64,000 nucleotides of DNA from Octopus sinensis (taxonomy: Eukaryota). Position 1 is the stretch's first letter, and the number at the start of each line of letters is the position of its first letter. Where the stretch lies: positions 116,932,001 through 116,996,000 of the forward strand of contig NC_042999.1 in assembly GCF_006345805.1 (NCBI RefSeq), given 5' to 3'. Under the pieces are notes generated by a model. It worked only from the letters and a program-made list of their open reading frames with translations, did no database searches and was not told the origin of the DNA. Positions 50,179-62,249 of the stretch are shown one piece after another. The translations under genes were made by a program, and so were the position numbers.

Positions 50179-50531
50179 TATAACAGACATCTTTCAGTTT
50201 CCATCTACAAAATCAACTCACAAAGCTTTGGTTGGCCTATGGCTATACAAAAGGACAGAACCCAGATCCATGTGGTTGGGAAGCAAACTTCTTACCACTC
50301 AGTCACATCATCATCATTGATGTTATCAATGTTGGCAGATTGAATTAGCTCTTATTTGAAGCAACTACCCTCCCAGACATGTCAAGAATATAATCTCTCT
50401 CATAGACTTTACTTTGGCTTAGTTTTTACATCTGGATATCTTTCCTAAAACAGCCATTTCCCAGGGTGTATCAGATGCATTTAATAGTAGTGTGGATACT
50501 AGAGAGGCTGTCATGTCCTTAATAAGATAGG

Positions 50532-50766
50532 CAGGGCTGGTTTTAAGCCAATAGACATATTTGTTCAAATTAGGTCCTGTGCCATGACAGGGCCCGGCAA
50601 ACATGTCTGAGTTTTTCATTGTGACTAATTGTAGAGCCTCAAGCCTTTTTGGCTGGGACTGAAGTACTACACAAAACGTAAAACATAAATTTTCAGCTTT
50701 TGTGGAGTAGAGCCCCCCCACAAACAGTTCTCCCATTGGGCCCCGCAAGTCCTAGCACTGGCTTTG
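50532..50766. mobile_element. hAT-type MITE
   Basis: CAGGGCTGGT ... ACTGGCTTTG ends; 8-bp TSD AAGATAGG / AAGACAGG. Confidence 0.7.
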
Positions 50767-51112
50767 AAGACAGGACTAAAGGGTCCTCTCAACCTTACAT
50801 CATCCTCACTCATTTGCCAATCATTTTTACAATGTTCTGAGTGAGCTTCATTATGACACTAACCTTATGTGACAGTCTTAGACCTTAAAAGTTAAGAGAG
50901 GTCCTCACTAGATTGGGACAAATGTGACCAATAGTATGGATGATGAACTAAGGTGAGAGGGGAGAGTGAAGTGACAGTATGGTGGAGGAGACAGAGTGAT
51001 GAGTGTGACAGTGTGGAAGAAAGGAGAATTGAGAGATACACTGTGAGAGGGAATGAGTAAGAGGTGGGTGTATGTATTCTTTTATTATACTTTTATTAGT
51101 TTCTCTCAATGA

Positions 51113-51495
51113 CGGAAGCACAATGGCCCAATGTTTAGGGCAGTGGACTCACGGTCGTAGGATGGTGCTTTCGATTCCCAGACCAGGCATTGTAAGTGTT
51201 TATTGAGTGAAAACACCTAAATCTCCATGAGGCTCTGGCAGGAGGTGGTGGCAAACCCTGCTGTACTCTTTCCCCACAATTTCCTCTCACTTTTTCTTCT
51301 TGTTTTTGTTGTACCTGTATTTCAAAGGGCCAGCTTTGTCACACTCTGTGTCATGCTGAATCTCCCCAAAAACCAAGTTAAGGGTAAAACATGTCTGTGG
51401 AGTGCTCAGCCACTTGCACATTAATTTCACAAGCAGGCTGTTCCATTGATTGGATCAACTGGAACCCTCGTCATCATAACTGACAGAGGGCCATG
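51113..51495 (+). mobile_element. SINE family C head with an alternative tail
   Basis: GGAAGCACAATGGCCCAATGTTTAGGGCAG...TTCGATTCCC; the tail matches that of the 8845-9165 SINE. Confidence 0.8.
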
Positions 51496-52132
51496 ATTAG
51501 TTTTTCTCATTGAAGTGCAGTCACACTGGAGTTACCACCTTTTAGACCGTTCTATCAACCCCAGCATTTATTTCAATCTGGTACATATAAATCTTTTATC
51601 TATCTCTGTTTATTGAATGGCTAAGTTTCTTATTCGACATAAATGTTCCATTTTACACTGATATACATAATGCAGACACACACACAAATGTGTGTGTGTA
51701 TGTATGTATGTATGTATGTATGTATGTATGTATGCATTTATGAATGGATGGATGGATGGAAGTTTGCATGTATATGTGTGTGTGTGTGTGTGCGTGTGCA
51801 TTGTAATTGGGTCATCACATACAAAATCATTTGCTTCGTCTTCAGGTCAGGCACTATCCAAATATTGTGTTGAAATTTGATATAGGCCACTTACTCTCAT
51901 TGTCAATTTAAATCTTTTAATATTTGGTCATCTACACTATCCCACATACAGAGTGAATTGTATCAGAAAAATGAATGAAAATTCAGCAGTAACTATATTA
52001 TGATGGGAAGGTAGAGAAAAGTTTGGTAAGATTGACTAGTAAATAGAGATAGAGAGAGAAATGTGAGGTTACAAATAAAAATAAAAATTAAATAAAATAA
52101 AATTGAAGGCCTTGTCCTGTATATATACATAC

Positions 52133-52189
<57 letters not shown>

Positions 52190-52195
<6 letters not shown>

Positions 52196-52383
52196 ATAGA
52201 AGGAGCTTCTACAGGACTAGAACTGTTTCATTCAAAAGAAATCATCAGGAAGCTTCCTGGTGATTTCTTTTGAATGAAACAGTTCTAGTCCTGTAGAAGC
52301 TCCTTCTATAAAATAAATTAATTTACTCTGCTATGTATTGAGTACCTTATTTACTGTGGTTAACCCCGACTCAACCCGGGACC

Positions 52384-52390
<7 letters not shown>
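52190..52390. mobile_element. Family C element reduced to a 126-bp palindrome of two back-to-back hammerheads plus the 3' extension
   Basis: 52190-52315 is a palindrome centred on AAGCTT (52250-55) with one mismatch; minus arm CTGATGA, plus arm CTGGTGA. Confidence 0.9.
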
Positions 52391-52480
<90 letters not shown>

Positions 52481-52494
52481 ATGTATATGTATGA

Positions 52495-52529
<35 letters not shown>

Positions 52530-52539
52530 ATTATATATC

Positions 52540-53452
52540 ATCATCATCATCATTGTTTAATGTCCGCTTTCCATGCTGGCATGGGTAGGACGGTTTGACA
52601 GGAGGCTGCATCAGGCTCCAATCTGACATAGCAAGGTTTCTGCATCAGGATACCCTTCCTAACGCTAACCACTCTGAAAATTTAATGTGTGCTTTTTATG
52701 TGCATCTGGTATGTGGACCAGTCAGGTGGCACTGGCATCAACCATGCTTGAATGGTGCTTTTTACATGCCAGTCAAGCAGCACTGGCATCAGCCATAACT
52801 ACGATTTTACTTGACTTGACAGGTCTTCTTAAGGTACTTTTAAACGGGCCGGTTATGTGATACTGGCATTGGCCACGGCTACAATCTCACTTCGCTTACT
52901 GGCTCTTCTCAAGAACAACATATCTCCAATGGTCTCAGTCACTTGTCGTTGCCTCTGTGAAGCTCAATGTTTGATGGTTGTGCTTCACCATCTCATTCCA
53001 AGTCTTCCTGGGTCTACCTCTTTCACAGGTTCCCTCCACTGTTAGGGTGTGATACTTTTTTACACAACTGCCCTCATTCATATGCAACACATGATCATAC
53101 CAAAGCAGTTATCTCTCTTGCACACCACATCTGATGCTTCTTATGTCCAACTTTTCTCTCAGGGCACTTACACTCTGTCATGTATGCACACTGATAATAC
53201 ACATCCAGTAGAATATACCAGCTTAATTTCTTTCAAGCCCACACATGTCCTCGGCAGTCATAGCCTATGTTTCACTGCCGTGTAGCATGGTAGTTTGCAC
53301 ACATGCATCATACAGTCTACCTTTCACTCTGAGCAAGAGGCCCTTTGTTACCAGCAGAGGTAGGAGCTGTATGAACTTTGCCCAGGCTATTCTTATTCCT
53401 ACCCCAGCTACTGACTTGATCACCTAGGTAATGGAAGCTATCAACTACTTCT

Positions 53453-53455
<3 letters not shown>
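52540..53455 (-). mobile_element. RTE-clade LINE 3' fragment (RT C-terminus, UTR, (GAT)n tail)
   Basis: WAKFIQLLPLL..RVKGRLYDACVQTTMLHGSET and RGRPRKTW remnants on the minus strand. Confidence 0.85.
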
Positions 53456-53508
<53 letters not shown>

Positions 53509-54004
53509 AATTGGCAGGTTTCTGTACAGTTTCCTTCATGTATAACTTTTCAAGTCAAGAACAACAATAACTGTCTGATAGAAGTTTATGTGATGCTTTT
53601 AAATATTACAACTAACATTTGTTAATATTAATTTCTCTTGTAAGCACAAGGCTTATAGTAGGCAAATGGTATGTGTTTTATTGATACTCGATAGAGGAAA
53701 TGCAAACTGGTACCTGGGGATTCCAAAACAAGAGATTGAGGGATGAAACATAACATTTCAAGGCATTTTTTGAGATCCAGTGGGAAGAAGTTGTTAATAT
53801 ATGTTGATATTAATCTTTAATACCACAGATAATGGAATAGCAGTATCAAAGGAACCACTGTGGATTGATGTAGTTGGTAGAGTATCAGCTAACAACTATA
53901 TGGTATTTAAGCTGCATCCTTTTGCGTTTTGAGTTCAAATCACATCAAAATTAACTTTGCCGTTTGTCCTGAGGATCAGAAAAATAAGTACCAATAAATT
54001 ATTC

Positions 54005-54212
54005 TTTTCTACTCTAGGCACAAGGCCCAAAACTTTTGGGGAGGCGGCCAGTTGATTAGATTGACCCCAGTATGCAACTGGTACTTTTATCGACCCTCAA
54101 AAAATGAAAGGCAAAGTTGACCTTGGCAGAATTTGAACTCAGAACATAGCAACAGGCAAAATACCGCTAAGCATTTCACCTGGCATGATAATGTTTCTGA
54201 CAGCTTGCCGCC
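54005..54212 (-). mobile_element. SINE family B
   Basis: Reverse complement of the family-B head and central domain. Confidence 0.8.
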
Positions 54213-54329
54213 TTGTACCAATAAGGTATTAGTATAAGAAGGAAGGTGATATTATTGATTGTTTTCACACCATCTAAATGTGTGACTAAAGGCCAAAATC
54301 ACCAGTTCCATGTTAAAAGCATTCAGCAT

Positions 54330-54905
54330 ACCACTGTAAAGTGGTTGGCATTAGGAAGGGCATCCAGCTGTAGAAACCAAGCCAAATCAGACTGGAACCT
54401 GGTGCAGCTCTCCAGCTGCCAGCTCTGGTCAAACTGTCCAACCCATGCCAGCATGGAAAACTGATGTTAAATGATGATGATGATGATGATGACATAATTA
54501 TAAGATAAAACTTAAAAACATGTGCAACATGAGCTAATATGTTATGTTTGAGATTGTATATCATCGTTTAACGTCCGTTCTCCATGCTAGCATGGGTTGG
54601 ATGATTCGACCGGGGATCTGGGAAGCCAGAAGGCTGCACCAGGCTTCAGTCTGATCTGGCAGTGTTTCAACAGCTGGATGCTCTTCCTAACGCCAACCAC
54701 TCCATGAGTGTAGTGGGTGCTTTTTACGTATCACCTGCACAGGTGCCAGGCGAGGCTGGCAACGGCCACGATCAGATTGGTGCATTTTACATGCCACCGG
54801 CACGGAAGCCAGTCGAGGCGGCACTGGCATCAGCCACGATTTGGATGGTGCTTTTTATGTGCCACCGGCACGGAAGCCAGTCGAGGCGATGCTGGCATCG
54901 GCCCT
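54330..54905. mobile_element. Convergent RTE-type 3' tails; the minus copy contains ~58-bp tandem repeats
   Basis: Plus copy 54330-54491, minus copy 54560-54905; unit GGTGCTTTTTA(C)GTGCCACCGGCACGGAAGCCAGTCGAGGCG..CTGGCATC repeated ~3x. Confidence 0.8.
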
Positions 54906-55724
54906 ACACTAATATAATTGTGCATACAATAAAAAGGATAAACTCTTTACTTAGGCACAAGGAAAAATTTACTTCTCTCTTTATGTCCAAGCTGTGCAGT
55001 CTAAACCAGTGGTTCTTAAACTGAGCAGCAGCATACCCTAGGGAATACAATTACGTCAATGGGTAAGAATCATCAAGAGGGAGCTACAAGTATTAGAAGG
55101 GTTGGGATTTTTTTTTGAAGTAAAATTATTTAAATGAGGCTCAATAACTTATTTGTATTTTTAGCATATTAATCTTTTTACTGCAGAAATCAGGTACGTC
55201 CTCTCAGCATTTCATTACCCATTCAGATTACACTATCAAATGTAATGCTTGTTTATTCATATTGTTTTGAATTAATCATTTAGCCTTGAGATTTCAATGG
55301 TATGATGGTTTACTTTTAGAATGACATTATAGGCTAGGTGTGAGAGACCAGATTTAGCCAGTTTGAACATCAAACAAATAAAATATTTTGTTTGGATATA
55401 GCCTGTTTAAATGCTAAAGGATTAAATGTGGAAAACAGTTTTGTATACCAATCTATCTTTTGTTTGAAACTAATTTAGTTGAAATATGTCAAGTTTATTG
55501 AGGCAAAGTGACTTGAAAGAAGATACCAATTCTATTTGTTGGTAGATATTTAACATCAGTCCTAAAATAACTGTGAAATTTAATTTCACATTTAAAGGGT
55601 TAAAAAAAAAAGCCTCTCAGTCTTAGGGTATACGCAGGACATTAAGTTATCAGTAGAAACATGATTGATGATGTATCAAGATCTAGTATTTGATTATATA
55701 AGTTCTTTATTTATTTTATTTATG

Positions 55725-56025
55725 TGCCCTTTTCAAACCTAGCCAGGCTCATGGGCTTGGTTTCCCGGTTTCTATGGCATATGTGTTCCCCCCAGCTGGA
55801 TGGGACGCCAGTCCATCGCAGCATTACTCAAGAAACAGGAAGAAAGTGTGAGAGAAAGCTGGATCAAAAGAGTAGAACAGGGGTCGCCACCACCCCCTGC
55901 TAGCGCATCGCGGAGCTTTAGGTGTTTTCGCTCAATAAACACACACAACGCCCGGTCTGGGAATCGAAATCGCGATCCTCCAACCGTGAGTCCATTGCCC
56001 TAACCACTGGGCCATTGCACCTCCA
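55725..56025 (-). mobile_element. SINE family C, full length
   Basis: Minus head GGAGGTGCAATGGCCCAGTGGTTAGGGC...TTCGATTCCC; matches the 7470 copy. Confidence 0.85.
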
Positions 56026-56209
56026 CATATAAGTTCTTACCTTAAGTAATTTCCATAAAAGTTCAACACAAATATCTAAAAAGTGGTGCATGCAGGATGG
56101 GATAATAAAATATTGCAATTAGCTTCTGTCTGATTATAATATTTTGTTTTAACACACAAAAAATAAAATAATAAATGATTTCTTTAGTAGTAAAAATACT
56201 AATAATCCT

Positions 56210-56630
56210 TTCTTTCTACTATAGGCTCAAGGCCTGAAATTTTGCGGGAGGTGGGCAGATACAATTTCATTGTCTCCAGTGCGTAACTGGTACTTATTTT
56301 ATTGACCCCAAAAAACTCAAAATGTGAGGGCAGACGAAATACTGCTAAGTATTTTGCCTGATGTGCTGATAATTGTGGCAGCTCACTACCTTCGTAATAA
56401 TAATAATCATAATCCTTTTTACTATAGGCACAAAGCTGGAAATTTTGTGGGAAGGGGTAAATCGATTACATTGACCCCTGTACTCAACTGGCACTTATTT
56501 CATAGACCCCCTAAAGGATGAAAGGCAAAGTGGACCTTAGCAGAATTTTAACTGAGAATGTAAAGATGGGTGAAATGCACCCACTAAGCATTTTTCCCAA
56601 CATGCTAACAATTCTGCCTGTTCACTGTCT
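56210..56630 (-). mobile_element. Two tandem SINE family B copies
   Basis: Family-B motifs occur twice, separated by (TAA)n. Confidence 0.75.
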
Positions 56631-56644
56631 TCATAATAATAATG

Positions 56645-56690
<46 letters not shown>

Positions 56691-56694
<4 letters not shown>

Positions 56695-57250
56695 GCCCTG
56701 ATGCAGTACCAGGCAGCGGCTCTCATGGCTTCTGATCTTAACTGATTGGAAGTGTTATCATGTACATTGTTTTGTTTTGGTATAAAAGATGGGCTACAGC
56801 AAATGTTCTGCTCAATACCACAGATTTGCTTGTCAGTTGTTTGACCATAACCAGTTGAGCATGTCCCTTAGTGGCTGACGATATGTGCATCTCTGATCAC
56901 GAGCAGAAGTAGTGGGGGAGCATCATAGCCATGTGTTGAGAGGGATTCTTTGGGGTTTGAATAATTCACCTCTGGAAACATGGGTGGTTCTTTCAACATC
57001 CTTAAACAACCCTTATTCAGGGACCTTTTGAGCGGGATGGGCTACTCAACCTGAAGAAAATTCTAACTGGGCCCCACCTGCAAGGTCATGTGCTGTTTAT
57101 CTTGATATGAGATCACCATGTCGCGCACATATGGTTGTGATGCATGTGCCTGGTGTACCTTTATCAGACGGGTAGTCATGATGGGTATATTGGGCTTCGT
57201 ATATTTTACCCCAGTGTCACTTTGATGGCATGAACTGCTCTCTCACTCAA
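56691..57250 (+). mobile_element. ~560-bp element inserted in (TAA)n; second copy at 5956-6510
   Basis: AAATGCCCTGATGCAG ... CTCTCTCACTC(AAT)n; same boundaries as the other copy. Confidence 0.8.
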
Positions 57251-60200
57251 TAATAATAATAATAATAATGATAATAATAATAATATATAACATGGGAAGG
57301 GACATGTGTAAAATGCCATTCTGTGAAAAGAATCACTGAGCTTCAAAGCACTGAGGGTCTACACCAATTATCATCATCATTTAACATTCATATTCCATAC
57401 TTGCATGGGCTGAACAGTTTGACGGATCCAATGAGATGAAGGACTGCATTGTGCTCCAGGGTTTGCTTTGGCATGGTTTCTGTGGTTGCATGCCCTTCCT
57501 AATGCCAACCATTTTACAGTGTGTACTGGGTGATTTTTTTCATGCCACCAGTACTAGTGAGGTCACTATGTTGCTCGCAAGTCAACAAACTCATGGAAGG
57601 AAGATGTTGCGTCCATATGTTAGATGAGGGTTACAGCAAGAGGGAAGAGGTCACAGTAGAGCAGGTTCTTGTAGAGGAGGTGCATGGCTACTCACATTTA
57701 GGAAAGAGAATGAGAGGGAATTAGAGACATCTCCACGGAAAATAGACAGTAGTAATGAGGTATCCAGGTGGCACCCCAGGTAACAGCAGTAGTAGTATAT
57801 AGGGAGAGTAGAGGTTTGCAAGAGTTCATAAGGGAAGAGATAGGGGGAGTGGGAGAGGGAAGTAGGCAACATCTGTAAAGACTGGGGAAGGGGGACGCAC
57901 AAGTTGGTGGCAGGGGTGTTGACTACAGGGATATTAGCAGTAGGGTATATTAATGACACTATTGACATGTGGTGAGAAGAGAGATGACATGTTTGGGCAG
58001 GCTTAGAGTAGTAATGATACTATTGACAGAGGAGAGAAGAGCGAGATGATGTGTTTGGGTAGGCTAAATAAATCAAACTCATTTTTGTAGCATTCTATGT
58101 TGAACTGAAGTTTCATTAAATTGATTTTATGGTCATGAAGATATTTGAGAGAAGAGGTTCTATCAGAAATCTATTTTACAATGTTGGCACTGGTTTAATA
58201 AAAGTGGTTGATTGAACCAGTAGGATGTTGTACTTGTGGTTCCATCCACTATTGTTCCATCACTTTACATTCTGGGGTTAAATGCTACTGTCACTTTTGT
58301 TGTTAGTACTTCTGGTTAAAAAACAAAAGCACCAGTTAAGTACTGGGGTAATTGTTGTTGTTGTTGTTGCTGTTGTTAAGGCAGATTTGATTGCATGCTG
58401 GGCAAAATGTTTAGTAGCATTTCTTCTGTTTTTATTATTCTGAGTTCAAATTCTTCTGAGGTCAACTTTGGCTTTTGTCTTTTCAGGGTTGATAAAATAC
58501 ATACCAGTTGCATACTGGAGTTGATATAATCAACTTATCCCATCTCCTGAAATTGCTGGCCTTGTGTCAACATCTGAAACCAATATTATATTTCTTCTTT
58601 CCATTCTGTTTCTCTCTCTTTCTGGCTTAATGAGCTTAATGTATGGTAAATTACCCCTCTTTTTTCAATCCTGTACGACCCACTATCTTAAAATCTGGCC
58701 TCACTATCTTTTAGTATGTATTTCTCAGTCTTACTCTGAGGAACTTCTGCTGTCAGCTTACAGCACTTTTTCAGCTATTACAGACATTGTGCATTTTATA
58801 CATAGACAGTGCAGCTTGTCTCTCTTGTATAGCAGCTGGTGCCTTTTGTGCTCAGCTATTCTCTTAAGGTTTGCCTCTCAAGCAGTTTAAACCTTATATA
58901 TTCAACAGCCCACACTTAATCCATTTTATTCATTCTTCACAGGTTTTTTCCCCATTCGATGACCATATCTTATTAATGTGCAGTATCAAATAGGTAAATT
59001 CATTATTATTGAGACATTGTTTTATAGTTGGTTACTCTTCTTGTCACTTTCTTACCTATTTTTCAAGTAAGGGATCTCTTATTCTACATGCAATCAAAGG
59101 CATAATGTGAGGAGATAATTTATTAACAAGCTGGTAACAATAATACTACCTGTACATAGCAACTTTCATTGAAGTAAACATGTAAACACACACACATATC
59201 ATTTATTCATGTGATCATATATTTAACCAGATGTATGTTAATATTTTATATGTTCGGTTATATAGTTACATAGGTGTATGTCAATATTTTATATGTATGG
59301 TTATATAGTTACTTAGGTGTATGTTACATTTGTTGGATTTAATTGCATGATATTGGCATTGTATTGGATTACATTATAAGTTTGATTTTCTGTTGTCCTG
59401 TAGCAAATGAAAATATTATTTTTAGCACAAGACATAAACTCCCTGCAAGCTAAGTCTACAAGGTATTAATGTATTAGTTGTCCATTAATAGTATTTTAAA
59501 GTTATTTATGTTGTTGGCTATTTCTGTACATATGTTGCAACTAAGGCTTTGAATTCTCATAATTTTACTAGAGAGATTTCACATTACCTTTTTGTGTCCT
59601 CATTGATTTCACTAACTAATCAATTTTAAATTTTGACTGACTTCTTTCTGCTGCACAGAACAAGGTCACTTCACTATCAGCACAGGAGTTCCGTGATCTC
59701 TTCTACTGTTTATTACAGCCTTCTCCTATGTCATCTCTCCTGCAATTTATTACCAAACAAATAAAATCACTGAGTTACTGAGTTCAAGTCCTGTATGACC
59801 CACTATCTCTTAGTATTTATTTCTCAGTCTTACTCTGAGGATCTGCTGTCAGCACTTTTTTGGCTATTACATACATTGTGCATTTTTATTGCAGTTATGA
59901 ATGTCTTATCAGAGACTTTTTTGAAACTTACTCATGATTGAATTGGATCCCATATAGAAGGTGATTTGACTTTCATTCATGTAAGTTAAGTTGTAGGACC
60001 TTGGACTCCTGAGGTTTAGGAAATGATTAATTTGGTTCAAGTAATATAAACAATAAAGTTTTGATTCACAGATATTTTCTCTCTAATTTTCAGTTTTTAC
60101 CATTTTAGACATTGTACAATAAGATTCAGAGCATCAGCATAAAAACGGTCCTGAATTATTTTGCTTTTGCCTCAGAGACTAAGATACATACACACACACA

Positions 60201-61620
60201 CACATGTATATATATATGCATAGGTGTAGCTGTGTGGTAAAAAGTTTACTTTCCAACCACATAATTCTGGGTTCAATCTCACTGCATACCACCTTGAACA
60301 AGTACCTTCTACTACAGCTCTGGGCTTACCCCTAGCTTCATGAGTGGATTTGGTAGGTAAAAAATGAAAAAGCTCATTGTATGTATGTGTGTGTGTGTGT
60401 GTGTGTTACTGCCACCTTGTCTTCAGATTGCATGATAGTTGGAAATGAATGCCATTCAAGCAAAGTCTTTCATTCCCAGTCATCTGTGAAAGCATAAGGA
60501 AATATTACATTACATGGAAACAAGTGAGAGTTGATGACTGGAAGGGCATCCAGCTGGTGAAATCATGCCTCAACAAAATTTCTTGAGAGCCATGCAAATA
60601 TGAGAAAGGGGACATTAAATCATACATATATATATATATATATGTATAAATCCAAGAAGACTTCGTCCCATGTCTTCTTGGGGCTACCTCTTCCATAGGT
60701 ACCCTCCAAAGTTAGAAATTGGCACTTCCTTACACAACTATATATATATATTTATATATATATATATATATATATATCTGTATAGTGAGGCTGGTTTTGA
60801 CATGTAGGGTTAAGGGAATGCATGTATACACATACATATATATATATACATACATATACTCAGCAGGATGGTTGGTGTTAGGAAGGGCAGCCAGCTGTAA
60901 AAACCATGCCAAAACCGTACTGACGCCATGGGTCTTCTGCCTAGCCTGCTCCTGTCAAACCATCAAACCCATGCCAGCATGGAAAGTCGATGTTAAATGA
61001 TGATGATGATGATGATACACATATATGTAGAGGCGTATACCCATAGATGTAACACAGACAGATACACACACTTATGCAGCCATACATATATACATATGTA
61101 TATGTGTAGAGATGAACACAAACGTGTGTGCGTGCATACATATATATGCACACACATACACATCATCATCATGTATACATATGCAGGAAAAGAGTGGGGA
61201 AGGAATGTTTAGTGACAAGGAGTGAGGAAAAGCAGATGTATAAATACCAGTTAGCCTCAATATATGTTTTACCTCCAGTGTGTGCTAGGGTCATGAAATA
61301 ACCAGAGGTGAGGAAGTTGATAGAGGGTGGTACAAGTGGTTTTAAAAGATACTGAAGTTCTCAGAAGGTAGCCTTTGATGAGAGTGAATGTGATAAGGCA
61401 GGAAGTGGGGGGGGGGAGATCTGAGGTTCACCTAGTTGAAATGGTGTTAGCTGTTGAAGCAAATAATATTAAAATATTAATTTTTGAAATATTTGTGAAA
61501 ATGTATGCTTATTGGGAATAAATAAATCCCCCAAAAATTATCACAAGGTTCCAGTAGAGTGAAATATAAGGTCTAGGGATGTAAAAAATAAAGAAACAAT
61601 GACTAATATGTATGATAATC

Positions 61621-62030
61621 AGGCATGGCTGTGCAGTAAGAAGCTTGCTTACCAACCACATGGTTCCGGGTTCAGTCTCACTGCATGGTACCTTGGGCAA
61701 GTGCTTTGTACTATAGTTTTAGGCCAACCAAAGCTTTGTGAATGAATTTGGTATACAGAAACTGAAATATATATATATATATATATTTATGTATGTATGT
61801 ATGTATTTAGGTGTGTGTCCTTGTGTCTGTGTTTGTCCCCCACCATTGCTTGACAACCGATGTTGGTGTGTTTACATCCCCACAATCTAGAGGTTCAGCA
61901 AAAGATACCGAAAGAATAAGTACTAGGCTTACAAAGAATAAGTTCTGAGGTCAATTTCTTCAACTAAAAAACCCTTTCATGCAGTGCTCCAGCATGGCCT
62001 CAGTCAAATGATTGAAACAAGTAAAAGAAT
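61621..62030 (+). mobile_element. SINE family A, full length
   Basis: Head, CORE-like segment, microsatellite and tail. Confidence 0.85.
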
Positions 62031-62249
62031 GATGTAATAGAGTAATTCAATATGTTGATTAAAAAAATCTGGTAAGATAAACATATATTTTTTAATTAAT
62101 GTTTAATCATAGTAGATGAAAAGGAAGTTGTAAACCAGGATAGATGTGGATAAGGGTCAAGGGAAGATAATAAAGTATCGATCTTTTAAATAAAAATGAT
62201 ATGATCATAACGTAAATCCAGTAATTTAATTTATCTCATCACCATATGA

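Noticed and set aside
54715-54905. CRISPR-like regularly spaced repeats
   Set aside because: Contiguous ~58-bp tandem units without unique spacers, inside a LINE 3' UTR in eukaryotic DNA; no cas genes.
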